This document shows positions 46,353 through 55,284 of a stretch of 58,514 nt of DNA, in pieces. The stretch is from the NCBI GenBank assembly GCA_964537405.1, contig CAZIBS010000001.1, positions 2,035 through 60,548 on the forward strand, in the 5' to 3' direction. How positions within the stretch are numbered: position 1 is the stretch's first letter; each line of letters opens with the position of its first letter. Source of the stretch: an uncultured Thermoanaerobaculia bacterium (GTDB taxonomy: Bacteria; Acidobacteriota; UBA4820; DSQY01). A program made the translations under genes and the position numbers. The notes beneath the pieces are model-generated. The model was not told where the DNA came from, did not search any database, and saw nothing but the letters and a program-made list of their open reading frames with translations.

Positions 46353-47987
46353 ATGGAGAAAACCATCACCGTCCTCTTTATAGATAACATACTGACCGGC
46401 TATGAAGGAAAGTTGGAAGGGTACTTCGCTCAAACACAACCCCATTGGAAGCTGAAGTTCGCCGGTACAATGAAAGAGGCTTCATCGGCCCTTTCCGGTG
46501 AGGCGCCCGACGCGGTGGTCCTGGATGTTGCGTTGACGCCGGGAGGCGGCGAGGGGCTGAAACTCCTCACTCAGCTACGGCGCCACATGAGCAACACCCC
46601 GGTTATCATGCTCGCCGAGAGCCATGACGACGAAGCGGTGCGGGATGCCTTTACTTCCGAGACCATGACGGACGAAATGACGGTCAGGGAACTCGAGCCC
46701 GACGGGTTTATCTTCGCAGACGAGATAATCTCCAGTGGACGCCTGGAATTGCTGGAGTGGAAGCTGGTGCATGGTCTCTACACCTACGGCCGTGTTGTCA
46801 ACAAAACCGGCATCTTGATAACCCATGGTACGGATACGATGGCTTGGTGTCTTTGCTACCTCCGCTACGCCCTGAAAAATCTCCGGGCCAACGTGGCCGT
46901 GACGGGCTCGCAGGTGCCGCTGGAGAGCTACTTCTCCTCCTCAGACGCCCTAGGCAACCTCAGGACCGCCGTCCACCTCCTTAACCGCCTGCGGCCGGCC
47001 CATCTTTTCGCCGTCTTCAACAATGGAAAGAGGGTTTTCTCGGGAAGGCTGACGAAGTACCGTAAGTGGGACATGGACGCCTTTGAAGGCCGGGTGGCTG
47101 CGAGCGCCGGCGCCGAAGGCTTGCTCTCCCTCAGAAAGGACTGGGTTTTCATACCGTATCCCGATCAGCGTCTCAATGACCTTCACCTGATAAGAACCGG
47201 GGGAACCATAGAATCCCAGCGGGATACTGAGGGCGGCGCCCTCAAACCCACCGGCGACTTCGTATGGCGGTACGTTAACGGCCCTCTCTCCTCCTTCTTC
47301 TTCAATTCCCACCGTCACGACCTTTTTGCCCTCGACTCCTCAAATATGTCCTTCGAGCAGTGGGAAATCATCGCGCGCGAGGTGGAAAATATAGGTGTCG
47401 CCAAAGCCGATACCAACTTTGATCTATCCGTGAAGCCTGTCTACGCCAACCCCGCATTCACGACCGACGACTACAGGAGGCAGTTCAGGGCCTGCGGCAA
47501 TGGCGCGGTGTTCGCGGCCTTCGGCGGAGGAAACGCAAACATCCTGGAAAACTCGAACCGCACCGTGCTGCCCGCCCTCACTGAGGCTGTAGAGCAGGGC
47601 GCCTTCGTCGCGGTAACCTCCCAGGTCCCTCTGGAGTCCTACGACGCCGAGTACGATACGGGGCTAAGCCTGCTCAAGGCCGGGGGAGTTCCCTGCGGCG
47701 ATCTCCCCCTGCCCGACGCTCAAGTCAAGCTAAGTTACCTCCTTGGCCACGAAGAGGAAATCAACCGTGCGAGCGCTGAAAGCGGTTTGGATCGCATGGT
47801 CCTGCTTACCGCTTCCTTCCTGGCCGGTGTTTCCATGCGCAAGGCCGTCAGCCTCGGAAACTTCGAACGCCTCATGGCCGAACGCTCCCAACCCATCAAA
47901 ATCCTGCCCGACGATGTTTTCGTCGCCAAGCCTTTTACCGCCGGTCTCAAAGTCATCGTAGAGGTTTGCTCTACCTGCATGTTGTAG
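46353..47987 (+). CDS. Atypical receiver domain fused to an internally permuted L-asparaginase (type I/GatD-like fold)
   Basis: REC-like N-terminus (VLFIDN, PDAVVLDV, TPVIML), then THGTDTM and TGSQ, then IRTGGTI and DSSNM, then FGGGN, TSQ, VKLSYLLG; GGGAGG RBS before ATG 46353. Confidence 0.8.
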   Translation: MEKTITVLFIDNILTGYEGKLEGYFAQTQPHWKLKFAGTMKEASSALSGEAPDAVVLDVALTPGGGEGLKLLTQLRRHMSNTPVIMLAESHDDEAVRDAFTSETMTDEMTVRELEPDGFIFADEIISSGRLELLEWKLVHGLYTYGRVVNKTGILITHGTDTMAWCLCYLRYALKNLRANVAVTGSQVPLESYFSSSDALGNLRTAVHLLNRLRPAHLFAVFNNGKRVFSGRLTKYRKWDMDAFEGRVAASAGAEGLLSLRKDWVFIPYPDQRLNDLHLIRTGGTIESQRDTEGGALKPTGDFVWRYVNGPLSSFFFNSHRHDLFALDSSNMSFEQWEIIAREVENIGVAKADTNFDLSVKPVYANPAFTTDDYRRQFRACGNGAVFAAFGGGNANILENSNRTVLPALTEAVEQGAFVAVTSQVPLESYDAEYDTGLSLLKAGGVPCGDLPLPDAQVKLSYLLGHEEEINRASAESGLDRMVLLTASFLAGVSMRKAVSLGNFERLMAERSQPIKILPDDVFVAKPFTAGLKVIVEVCSTCML

Positions 47988-48007
47988 AACCCGTTGCGTG
48001 ACCCGAT

Positions 48008-48036
48008 TTGTGCAACGGGCTCCAGAGGGTTAAAAT
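48008..48036 (+). promoter_or_regulatory. Putative sigma-70 promoter
   Basis: TTGTGC-17 nt-TAAAAT. Confidence 0.35.
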
Positions 48037-48067
48037 AACAGAGTGCTTTGGATTGGAGGGAAAGGAC

Positions 48068-48339
48068 ATGGTAAAAGTGCTTCGCAACAACTCTTCGATT
48101 TCAAGGCTGCTGTTGGTCATGGTATGGGTGCGTGGTCGGGTTCGGCGGCCCGGATTAACGTGACAAAGGACGTGAACGGCTACCTTTGTTACGCCCACGC
48201 GAGCTGGGGTGGGAAGTGGTATGAGTTCTGCGGAAAGGGCGTTTTAACCGACATTGCCTCGGAGAGTATTCCGATAACCGATTCGAGCGGGGCTGCGTGT
48301 GTTTACGAGAAGAACGGCCGTTTCACGAAGACGGCGTAA
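48068..48339 (+). pseudogene. Possible frameshifted small exported protein
   Basis: RBS plus ATG 48068 gives MVKVLRNNSSISRLLLVMV (signal-like), which stops early; another frame continues GAWSGSAARINVTKD... to 48339. Confidence 0.3.
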
Positions 48340-49310
48340 TGACGGAAAAAAGAAGGAATCCGCGTATGAACCCGTGGAAGATTTTCTCACGCGGGTGGAA
48401 ACTGGCCCTCTCCAACCCGCAACTGGCGGCCGTACTTTTCGCCTGCTACCTACTCATATTCCTGCTGGCGGCCCTTCCGTCGTACTTCATTGCCGTGGGG
48501 CTGATCGAGCGTGTCCGGGAAGCAGCCCCGCTTGCTTCGGGACCCTTTGAATACGTTGTTGCACTCGTGGCGGTCGTCGGCGGCAATTGGTTGTTTGCGC
48601 TCGCCGTCTACGTAGCTTTAATGGGTTGGTTTACCCTCTTGTCGATCTTCTACTTTTTTATCGACTCGGGCGTCGTATCGCAATTATTGGACGGGGTAAA
48701 GGCTATGGGAGACGAGGAAGAGGCCGGCGTCGGGTGGTGGGGTTCGGCGCCCGGCACCGGGGTTTTTAGTTGGTCCCGCCTTGCCGGGGCCGGCAGAGAG
48801 CGGGTATGGCGCGTTACCGTTCTGGCCGGTAAGTACGCCTTGGTCGTTGCGGTAATGGTGCTGTTGCTTTTCCTCACCGTGTGGTTTCTCGCCTTTCTGG
48901 GTTCTTTTTTCAGGTGGACGCTTCCCTTCAGCGCGGTTGCCGTGATGGCCTTCATTATTTTCCTGGCCGCCGTCAGCTATGTGCTGGCCTTGCACTACAA
49001 GTGCGCCCTCATCTTCACGGTGCGGGAAGGGTGCAAGACGAGAAGCGCGGTGAGCTTGGCAAGCGGCGCAATCGCGTCACATCCCTTTTCCTTCCCGGCG
49101 CTCATCCTGCTCAACTATGCATCATCGGTCGCGGTGGCGGGTGTTTTTGGAACCCCTGCTGCGTTGATCCTTTTAATGATATCCATCAAAGGCCTTTCAC
49201 CCTTTCTAACGACGCTTTTATGCTTCCTCCTGCTGGCCCAGGCGGCGGTAACGACGCTGGCTCAAGTCGCGGCCCTTGGCACCTACGCCTGGTTCTGCGT
49301 GGAAGCTTAA
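48339..49310 (+). CDS. Polytopic membrane protein of unknown function
   Basis: Long ORF with about 6 hydrophobic segments; the start could also be 48366. Confidence 0.7.
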   Translation: MTEKRRNPRMNPWKIFSRGWKLALSNPQLAAVLFACYLLIFLLAALPSYFIAVGLIERVREAAPLASGPFEYVVALVAVVGGNWLFALAVYVALMGWFTLLSIFYFFIDSGVVSQLLDGVKAMGDEEEAGVGWWGSAPGTGVFSWSRLAGAGRERVWRVTVLAGKYALVVAVMVLLLFLTVWFLAFLGSFFRWTLPFSAVAVMAFIIFLAAVSYVLALHYKCALIFTVREGCKTRSAVSLASGAIASHPFSFPALILLNYASSVAVAGVFGTPAALILLMISIKGLSPFLTTLLCFLLLAQAAVTTLAQVAALGTYAWFCVEA

Positions 49311-49348
49311 ACCCCATCGGCTATTTTGGAGCGGCGCCGGGAAAAGAC

Positions 49349-49377
49349 TTGCGGCTTCCCAACCCATGGCATATACT
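49349..49377 (+). promoter_or_regulatory. Putative sigma-70 promoter
   Basis: TTGCGG-17 nt-TATACT about 60 nt upstream of ATG 49438. Confidence 0.4.
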
Positions 49378-49437
49378 GCAAAGTACCCTTCGTTAGGCAG
49401 CCGACGGGGCTGTTCGGGGATGCAGGGAGGTAAGCCC

Positions 49438-49860
49438 ATGACGATCACTTTATCCTATAACGACCTGCTGTTAACGGTCTTGGTGATCCTGGCGGCGGCA
49501 GCCATTGTGTACCTCATCATCGTTCTCAACCGCATCTCCGGTCTACTGTCAGCCTGGAAGGAATTGGGTGATTCCATCAAGCCGATGGTGCCCCGAATAC
49601 GGCGGATTGTGGAAAATACCGACGAGACGCTCGCCGGAACGAGGAGAACACTCAAAAACGTGGAATTACTGAGCGACGAGGCGGTTGCCATCGCTTCGTC
49701 CGCGCGCAGGGCTGTAAAACGGACCGCCGCCGTAATAACGCCTCTGAGGATTGTGTTGCCCTTGGTGGTAAAGCTCCAACAATGGTTGGCGGGAGTTGTT
49801 AAAAGACGGAAACTGGTGGCTAAAGAGAACCAATCAAAGGAGGAAAACCATGGATCGTAA
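49438..49860 (+). CDS. DUF948/YoxC-like membrane-anchored coiled-coil protein
   Basis: N-terminal TM helix followed by a helical region; GGAGG RBS; adjacent to a YtxH-like gene, the usual pairing. Confidence 0.6.
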   Translation: MTITLSYNDLLLTVLVILAAAAIVYLIIVLNRISGLLSAWKELGDSIKPMVPRIRRIVENTDETLAGTRRTLKNVELLSDEAVAIASSARRAVKRTAAVITPLRIVLPLVVKLQQWLAGVVKRRKLVAKENQSKEENHGS

Positions 49861-50116
49861 TGACACGGCAAACGTACTGGTTGCTTTTCTACTCGGAGCG
49901 GTAACGGGCGGCGTGGCCGCTTTGTTGTTGGCGCCCTCGTCCGGAGAGGAAACGCGCAAAAAACTCGCCGAAGGTCTCGGAAAGGCGAAGGATAGCGCTG
50001 GTAAGGGCCTTGGCAAGGCCAAGGAGTTCGCGGGTTCGCAGAAAGATGCCCTTAAGGAAGCCTACGAGGAAGGCAAAAAAGCCTACCGAAAGAATACCAA
50101 GAAGAAGGATGAGTAG
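49850..50116 (+). CDS. YtxH domain protein
   Basis: FLLGAVTGGVAALLLAPSSGEETRKKL; AAGGAGG RBS. Confidence 0.85.
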   Translation: MDRNDTANVLVAFLLGAVTGGVAALLLAPSSGEETRKKLAEGLGKAKDSAGKGLGKAKEFAGSQKDALKEAYEEGKKAYRKNTKKKDE

Positions 50117-50243
50117 AAGCGATATCGAAGCTCCGGACATCCGTCGCAATATGAGTGAGTGGAATCAAGCGGGCGCCTTGGGTGTAAGGGCAGGATTGCG
50201 GCCACTTCGGACCTCCCTACGCATTACAGGCTAAGAGGGGAGC

Positions 50244-50885
50244 GTGGGCAAGGAAGTCCCTCCGGAAAAGTACCAAGTGAAGTGCATTCACTGCGGACGC
50301 TTATTCGACGCCTGCCAAAGCCCGTGGTGCGAGTGCATCACCGAAAATCCCACCCTTGTTTGTCCACACTGTTCCAACTGCTTTTGCAACGCTGGAGAGG
50401 AGGCAATCAATGCCTTCTGGGAAAAAGCTCCACCGGGGCTCTGGCGTAGGCGGGTAAGGAAGCACTCCAAAGCGATGCGCGTCGCCCCGCCGATGGAGGA
50501 GGGCAATCCCTTGAGGCGCCCGTTGGTTCTCGTGGCCGAAGACAACGACGATACGCGGCTCGTAGCCTTCAGGGTTCTTGAACAACTGGGCTACGGGGTG
50601 CTGCTGGCCCGGGACGGAATGGAGGCCTTTCTCCTGACGGAGCTGCACAATCCGGACCTGATTCTCACCGACCAGGTCATGCCCCACATGGACGGGCGTA
50701 CTTTGAGCAAACTCGTCAAGGGGAACCCAAGGCTGGCCAAGATTCCCGTAATTATCATGACCGGAGTTTACAAGAGGGAACGGGAGCGCATTGAACTCCT
50801 CAGAGAGAGCGGAGCGGACGACTACCTCTTAAAGCCCATCAGCTACGATAAACTGGGCGATGTGATCGCCGGATGGCTTGGATGA
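50244..50885 (+). CDS. Response regulator: Cys-rich N-terminal domain plus a C-terminal receiver
   Basis: CIHC...C...WCEC...CPHCSNCFC, then VLVAEDN, PDLILTDQVMP, IMTG, LLKP. Confidence 0.8.
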   Translation: MGKEVPPEKYQVKCIHCGRLFDACQSPWCECITENPTLVCPHCSNCFCNAGEEAINAFWEKAPPGLWRRRVRKHSKAMRVAPPMEEGNPLRRPLVLVAEDNDDTRLVAFRVLEQLGYGVLLARDGMEAFLLTELHNPDLILTDQVMPHMDGRTLSKLVKGNPRLAKIPVIIMTGVYKRERERIELLRESGADDYLLKPISYDKLGDVIAGWLG

Positions 50886-50929
50886 CCGGCACTGAATCGA
50901 AGGTTTCCGAATGAAGCATCGTTGCCGGC

Positions 50930-51769
50930 GTGGCTAAGACGATTGTCTCCGGTTCACGGGGAACGGCCGGGGCCAAGAAATCCCTCGGGCAGCACTATCT
51001 GGTATCCTCCTCCATAGTCAACAAGATAAGGGAAACGTGCCTCGAATGCGCTCGGGAAGTACGGGGCATCCTCGAAATCGGGCCGGGTAGGGGAGCACTG
51101 ACGGCCGGTCTCATGGAAAGCGGCAAACCGCTTTGGGTTCTCGAACTCGACGATAGGCTGGCGCGCCGGCTCGGGGAACGTTTCGCCTCGCTGCACGTAC
51201 TCCACGGAGACGCACGCGGCCTTGACCTCAAGGAACTCTCCCAAGAAACCGGGTTGACCCCATGGCTCGTTGTCGGGAACCTGCCCTACAACGCGGGCAC
51301 CGAGATTCTTAAACGCGTTCTTCGCTTTCCGACGCACGCCGTTTCGGTGGTCGTAATGCTCCAGCGCGAGGTCGTGAACAAGTTCCGCGGAGGTGGCAAG
51401 AAAGGACGCTCATCGGGGCCATTGAGCGCATGGACCGGCGCATGGTGGAAAGCGGAACTCCTCTTTACGGTTCCGCCGGGAGCCTTCCAACCGCCTCCCA
51501 AGGTGATTTCCGCCGTATGTCTCCTGCGTCCCCTCCGCGAACCGCTCCTCCCTCAAGGCGATATGGACGCCTTCCAGGTTTTTCTGGCGAGGGCTTTCTC
51601 ACAACCACGCAGGGCCCTGGCGACAAACCTGTCGAAAGACACCGATGAGAGAGAACGCTGGAGGGAGAAGATAAGAGAGCTGGGTGCAGGAGTGCTCGCA
51701 CGAGCCGGTGAACTCCCGACGCAGTTTCTGGCGAGGCTCTTTCAAGAGCGCGGCGTCGTTGGAGGATAA
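50930..51769 (+). CDS. rsmA: 16S rRNA (A1518/A1519) dimethyltransferase
   Basis: KKSLGQHYL, EIGPGRGALT, GNLPYN, MLQREV, AFQPPPKV. Confidence 0.93.
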   Translation: MAKTIVSGSRGTAGAKKSLGQHYLVSSSIVNKIRETCLECAREVRGILEIGPGRGALTAGLMESGKPLWVLELDDRLARRLGERFASLHVLHGDARGLDLKELSQETGLTPWLVVGNLPYNAGTEILKRVLRFPTHAVSVVVMLQREVVNKFRGGGKKGRSSGPLSAWTGAWWKAELLFTVPPGAFQPPPKVISAVCLLRPLREPLLPQGDMDAFQVFLARAFSQPRRALATNLSKDTDERERWREKIRELGAGVLARAGELPTQFLARLFQERGVVGG

Positions 51770-52317
51770 TCTTTCCCGCGCAACCGCGACAGGACGGCGG
51801 TAGCTCCGGCCTGGGCTTTTCTTGCCGATTTCCGTGCTTCGAGGAAACGGCCGGCGCTCATCTCACGCCGGGCCTTCTCAACGTCTTCGGAAGCCTCCCG
51901 CAACAGATTGGCCGTCGAAGCAGCACCGTGAGAATTGCCTTCAAGACGTCGAGCCTCAAAGACGGATGTGTCCGCAGCCGCGATAACCGCTTCGGTGCTC
52001 ACCCGCACCTGTTTTCTGGCCTCTTCAGCCTCTTTGCGCGCGATGTGTGCAAGCTTGAGCAGCTTGTATGCTTCAACTTTGAGGCTTTCGGGGTGGTTGA
52101 AGAAGTTCTTGCCTTGGATGAAGATATCCTTGTCGAGTTTCGAGGCCTGTTTTTCAGCCACGGCCATTGCCTTGGGTGCGTAGAGTTTTGCGCCCGCCTC
52201 TCTTGCCTGATCGAGAGCCCGCTTAGCCGCATCGATCTCTTCCTTTGGGGGCGAACCGCAAGCCGCGGCGAATATCAGGACAAGCACGATCCAGCAAGCA
52301 CTACGCATGGTTTTCAT
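51742..52317 (-). CDS. Helical lipoprotein (DUF4398-like)
   Basis: Lipobox FAAAC, then PPKEEIDAAKRALDQAREAGAKLYAP; GGAGG RBS before ATG 52317. Confidence 0.7.
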   Translation of the reverse strand: MKTMRSACWIVLVLIFAAACGSPPKEEIDAAKRALDQAREAGAKLYAPKAMAVAEKQASKLDKDIFIQGKNFFNHPESLKVEAYKLLKLAHIARKEAEEARKQVRVSTEAVIAAADTSVFEARRLEGNSHGAASTANLLREASEDVEKARREMSAGRFLEARKSARKAQAGATAVLSRLRGKDYPPTTPRS

Positions 52318-52427
52318 ACTACCTCCGTTTCTAACGGATCTTCCAGGTAAAAATAGATTGTGCATGGTTCGTGATGCCTTGAGGATTAAGGAGTTACCTT
52401 GTCATTGGCCAGGTTTCTTCCTGGTGG

Positions 52428-52539
52428 ATACCACGATTCGATAGGGGAGGGCGCTCCTGCCCTCCCGTCCATCTTTCCGGCACAATCCCGGGCGGCCACG
52501 GTGGACCGCTTCTACGAAAACCAATCATACCACGATTCG
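52428..52539. repeat. 13-bp direct repeat in a divergent intergenic region
   Basis: ATACCACGATTCG at 52428-52440 and 52527-52539. Confidence 0.7.
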
Positions 52540-52781
52540 TAGACAATATGATGTGGCCGATCCTCATTGAAGCCGCGTGCCAGAAACGCGGAGCTTCCCC
52601 CAAGAATTAATGATGATATTGCTAATTTGTAAGCACCGTGGGGTATTGGACCGCTGAGCAAGCGGAAATGGATGAACTTTTAGCAGAAGTACGAACCTCA
52701 GCGATAGCTATCGACGACCGAAGGGGAGAGGAGAACCGCGTCCCGACGTTGGCGGGCCTCGGCGTCCGGGACCGGGGTTGA

Positions 52782-53813
52782 ATGTGGTATGCTTCCAACT
52801 CTATGGAGCGCGAGAAGAGTTCTATCGCCAAAGCCGACCTTCACGTACACACGATTCACTCGGGGTGGCGCCACATGCACCTCATCCATCCCAGGGATTC
52901 CTATTCATCACCGTTGGAAGTGTACAACGAGGCCCTGCGGAGGGGCATGGACTTCGTAGCGATTACCGACCACGACTCCATAGCCGGGGCGATGGAACTC
53001 CTCTCCTCTCCAACCGTAGACGAGAACAAGGTTATCGTGGGCGAAGAGTTGGAAACGGCCTTCCCGGAAACGGGCCAGTGGATTCACATCAACGTCCTGA
53101 ATCTCAACGAAAGCGACCACGACGAACTCCACAGGCTCAGCGCGGACGTAAGGGATGTTTGCGGTTACTGTCGGCAAAAGGAACTGCTATGCATCCTGAA
53201 CCACCCCTTTCAGTCTTACAGGGGACAGAAGCCGCTTCGGGCCTACGCCGAGGACGTTGTCGGCCTCTTCAGCCACGTTGAAGGGCTCAACGGCGCGGTT
53301 CCCAAACTGCAAAACCGGGCCGTATCGGTCTTATGCCAAGCCGCGGAACGCGGCGGAACGCAACTCGTGCAGGTAGGCGGTTCCGACGCACACACGATGA
53401 GGCGCGTGGGAAGCACCTTCACCGTGGCCAAGGGAGGTAGCGCCCGGGCCTTTCTCGACGAAATTAAGGCTGGGCGATGCGGCATGGGGGGCGGGGTTAT
53501 CTCCACCTTTGGTCTGGCGAGAGAGGTTTACGGCATCGTGGGCCGTTACTATTCGAGGCTCTACTTCGGTAAGGGAGAATCGCAGCCACTGCTTTCCTAC
53601 CTGGTTGGCGCTGGAGTCGCCACTGCCTGCCTGCCGGCGGTTTTTGCACAGTTGCCGCTCGCGATTGTGGCGGTAAACGAGGCAAGGCAGAAGAGGGTAT
53701 CCAGGAAGTTCATTTCCGACTTGAAGGACGCTCGGCTTAACCTGAATCCACCACCTGACCAAGGACCGAGGGCGGCCTGCCCGGCGGCAGACAGGCGGAG
53801 AGGGCTTAGATGA
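52782..53813 (+). CDS. PHP-family metal-dependent phosphoesterase
   Basis: DLHVHT, ITDHD, NHPF, GGSDAH; hydrophobic C-terminal segment; the start may be at 52803. Confidence 0.85.
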   Translation: MWYASNSMEREKSSIAKADLHVHTIHSGWRHMHLIHPRDSYSSPLEVYNEALRRGMDFVAITDHDSIAGAMELLSSPTVDENKVIVGEELETAFPETGQWIHINVLNLNESDHDELHRLSADVRDVCGYCRQKELLCILNHPFQSYRGQKPLRAYAEDVVGLFSHVEGLNGAVPKLQNRAVSVLCQAAERGGTQLVQVGGSDAHTMRRVGSTFTVAKGGSARAFLDEIKAGRCGMGGGVISTFGLAREVYGIVGRYYSRLYFGKGESQPLLSYLVGAGVATACLPAVFAQLPLAIVAVNEARQKRVSRKFISDLKDARLNLNPPPDQGPRAACPAADRRRGLR

Positions 53814-54150
53814 TAAAACCTATCCCGGAATAAGGAATGGCCCTCCCCGTTCCAGGGAATGCTGCTTTCCCAAGGGGAAGCACTAAGGGCTTGCCATGGA
53901 ATAACTGTCATATTCTGCCCGCCTATCCATCCCGCTTGGCTGTAGTGAAGTAGCGTTGCTACGACAGCGTCGTCGGGTCTGGCCAAGCGGGCGCCTCGAC
54001 GGTCATTTCCGCGACACCTGTTTCGTGGCAGACCCTGGCGATTCGAAGGCGCGGGCGTTTCAATCGCGGAATCCGGGTCCAACCCCGCTTCCGCGCGTGT
54101 GTAGGAGAGGGCGAAGCCCGGCGCGGCAATCCCGGTGGGACAGGGAACCG

Positions 54151-54168
54151 CATTGTGCATGCACAATG
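54151..54168. promoter_or_regulatory. Perfect 18-bp palindrome, candidate operator
   Basis: CATTGTGCATGCACAATG, about 125 bp upstream of nrnA. Confidence 0.45.
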
Positions 54169-54291
54169 ACGCGAACGGGGTTTCTTGTGCCGTCAAAGCG
54201 AGATCGGAATCGGACGGTCGGATTTGGATTGAAGCCGGTTTGAATGTGCTGTCTTCTTTGAGCTAATATCAAAAGTTGCCTGGAGGCGCCA

Positions 54292-55284
54292 ATGGAAGAG
54301 CGTCTAAGATGCCTGGAATTGATCCGCTCGCGTAGAAAATTCGTCTTGACTACGCACATCTCCTCCGACGGAGATGGCGTTGGAAGCCAGCTTGCCTTCG
54401 CACGCGGCCTTCTCTCTCTGGGAGCCCAGGTGGCTATAATCAATCCCACTCCACTTCCAAATAATTTGAAATTCTTGCTTAAGTATTCGGGAGAAATCCA
54501 CACTCCAGCCGAGCTAAAGTATCCGGATGAGTCTTTCATGGGTGCCCTTACTATTGTCCTCGATATGGGGGCCTTCGAGCGCCTTGGCACCATACTGCCC
54601 TACGCCGGGCGCAGCGAAGGAATCCTCGTTATAGATCACCACAGGATGGAAAGAAGGGGGGGTGTTTACTACCTCCTGGACACCGAGGCTTGCGCTACCG
54701 CCGAGATAACGGCGGGTTTGCTCGGCGATCTCGGTGTGGAACTGACTCCGGAGATAGCGGAGCCGCTCTACGTCGGTCTTCACACCGACACCGGGGGCTT
54801 TCGGTATCCCGGGACGACGGCTGAAACCCACCGGCTCGTGGCCAGGTTACTTGATACCGGGGGAGTGGATCCCCAGAAACTGTACACGGAAGTCTACGAA
54901 AAGGTGAGCATAGCTCGCCTGAAGCTCACCGGCGGAGTGCTCTCCACAATAGAGGTTTCTCCGGCGGGCAAAGTCGCTTGGATCCAAATGCGAAGCTCCA
55001 TGCTCGAAAGGGCGGGCGCTTCCATCTCGGACGCCGACGACCTCGTAGGCTACACGTTGAAGCTTGACGGAGTGGTTGCGGGCTTTTACTTTAAGGAACT
55101 TAATACGGGAATGACGAAGGTTTCCTGTCGCTCAAGGGGAGACTTTGCAATAGATCGCTTCGTTAAAAAATGGGGCGGCGGCGGTCACCCCCACGCGGCC
55201 GGCGTACGGATGGGGGAATCCATTGATGAGGCCATGGGGATCGTGATTCAAAGGGCGATTCGAGAATTGGAAGGCGCAGAGTGA
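54292..55284 (+). CDS. nrnA: DHH/DHHA1 oligoribonuclease / pAp phosphatase
   Basis: H...DGDG, IDHH, TDTGGF, GGGGHPHAAG. Confidence 0.9.
   Translation: MEERLRCLELIRSRRKFVLTTHISSDGDGVGSQLAFARGLLSLGAQVAIINPTPLPNNLKFLLKYSGEIHTPAELKYPDESFMGALTIVLDMGAFERLGTILPYAGRSEGILVIDHHRMERRGGVYYLLDTEACATAEITAGLLGDLGVELTPEIAEPLYVGLHTDTGGFRYPGTTAETHRLVARLLDTGGVDPQKLYTEVYEKVSIARLKLTGGVLSTIEVSPAGKVAWIQMRSSMLERAGASISDADDLVGYTLKLDGVVAGFYFKELNTGMTKVSCRSRGDFAIDRFVKKWGGGGHPHAAGVRMGESIDEAMGIVIQRAIRELEGAE

Noticed and set aside
52566-52583. Minus-strand CTGGCACG as a sigma-54 promoter
   Set aside because: The -24 element is good, but the -12 position reads CA rather than GC.
53597-54243. ORFs 53597..54196 (-) and 53956..54243 (+), or an SRP/6S RNA in this gap
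   Set aside because: The ORFs show no recognisable motifs or RBS. The SRP core motif was not found, and a 6S fold could not be supported by eye.
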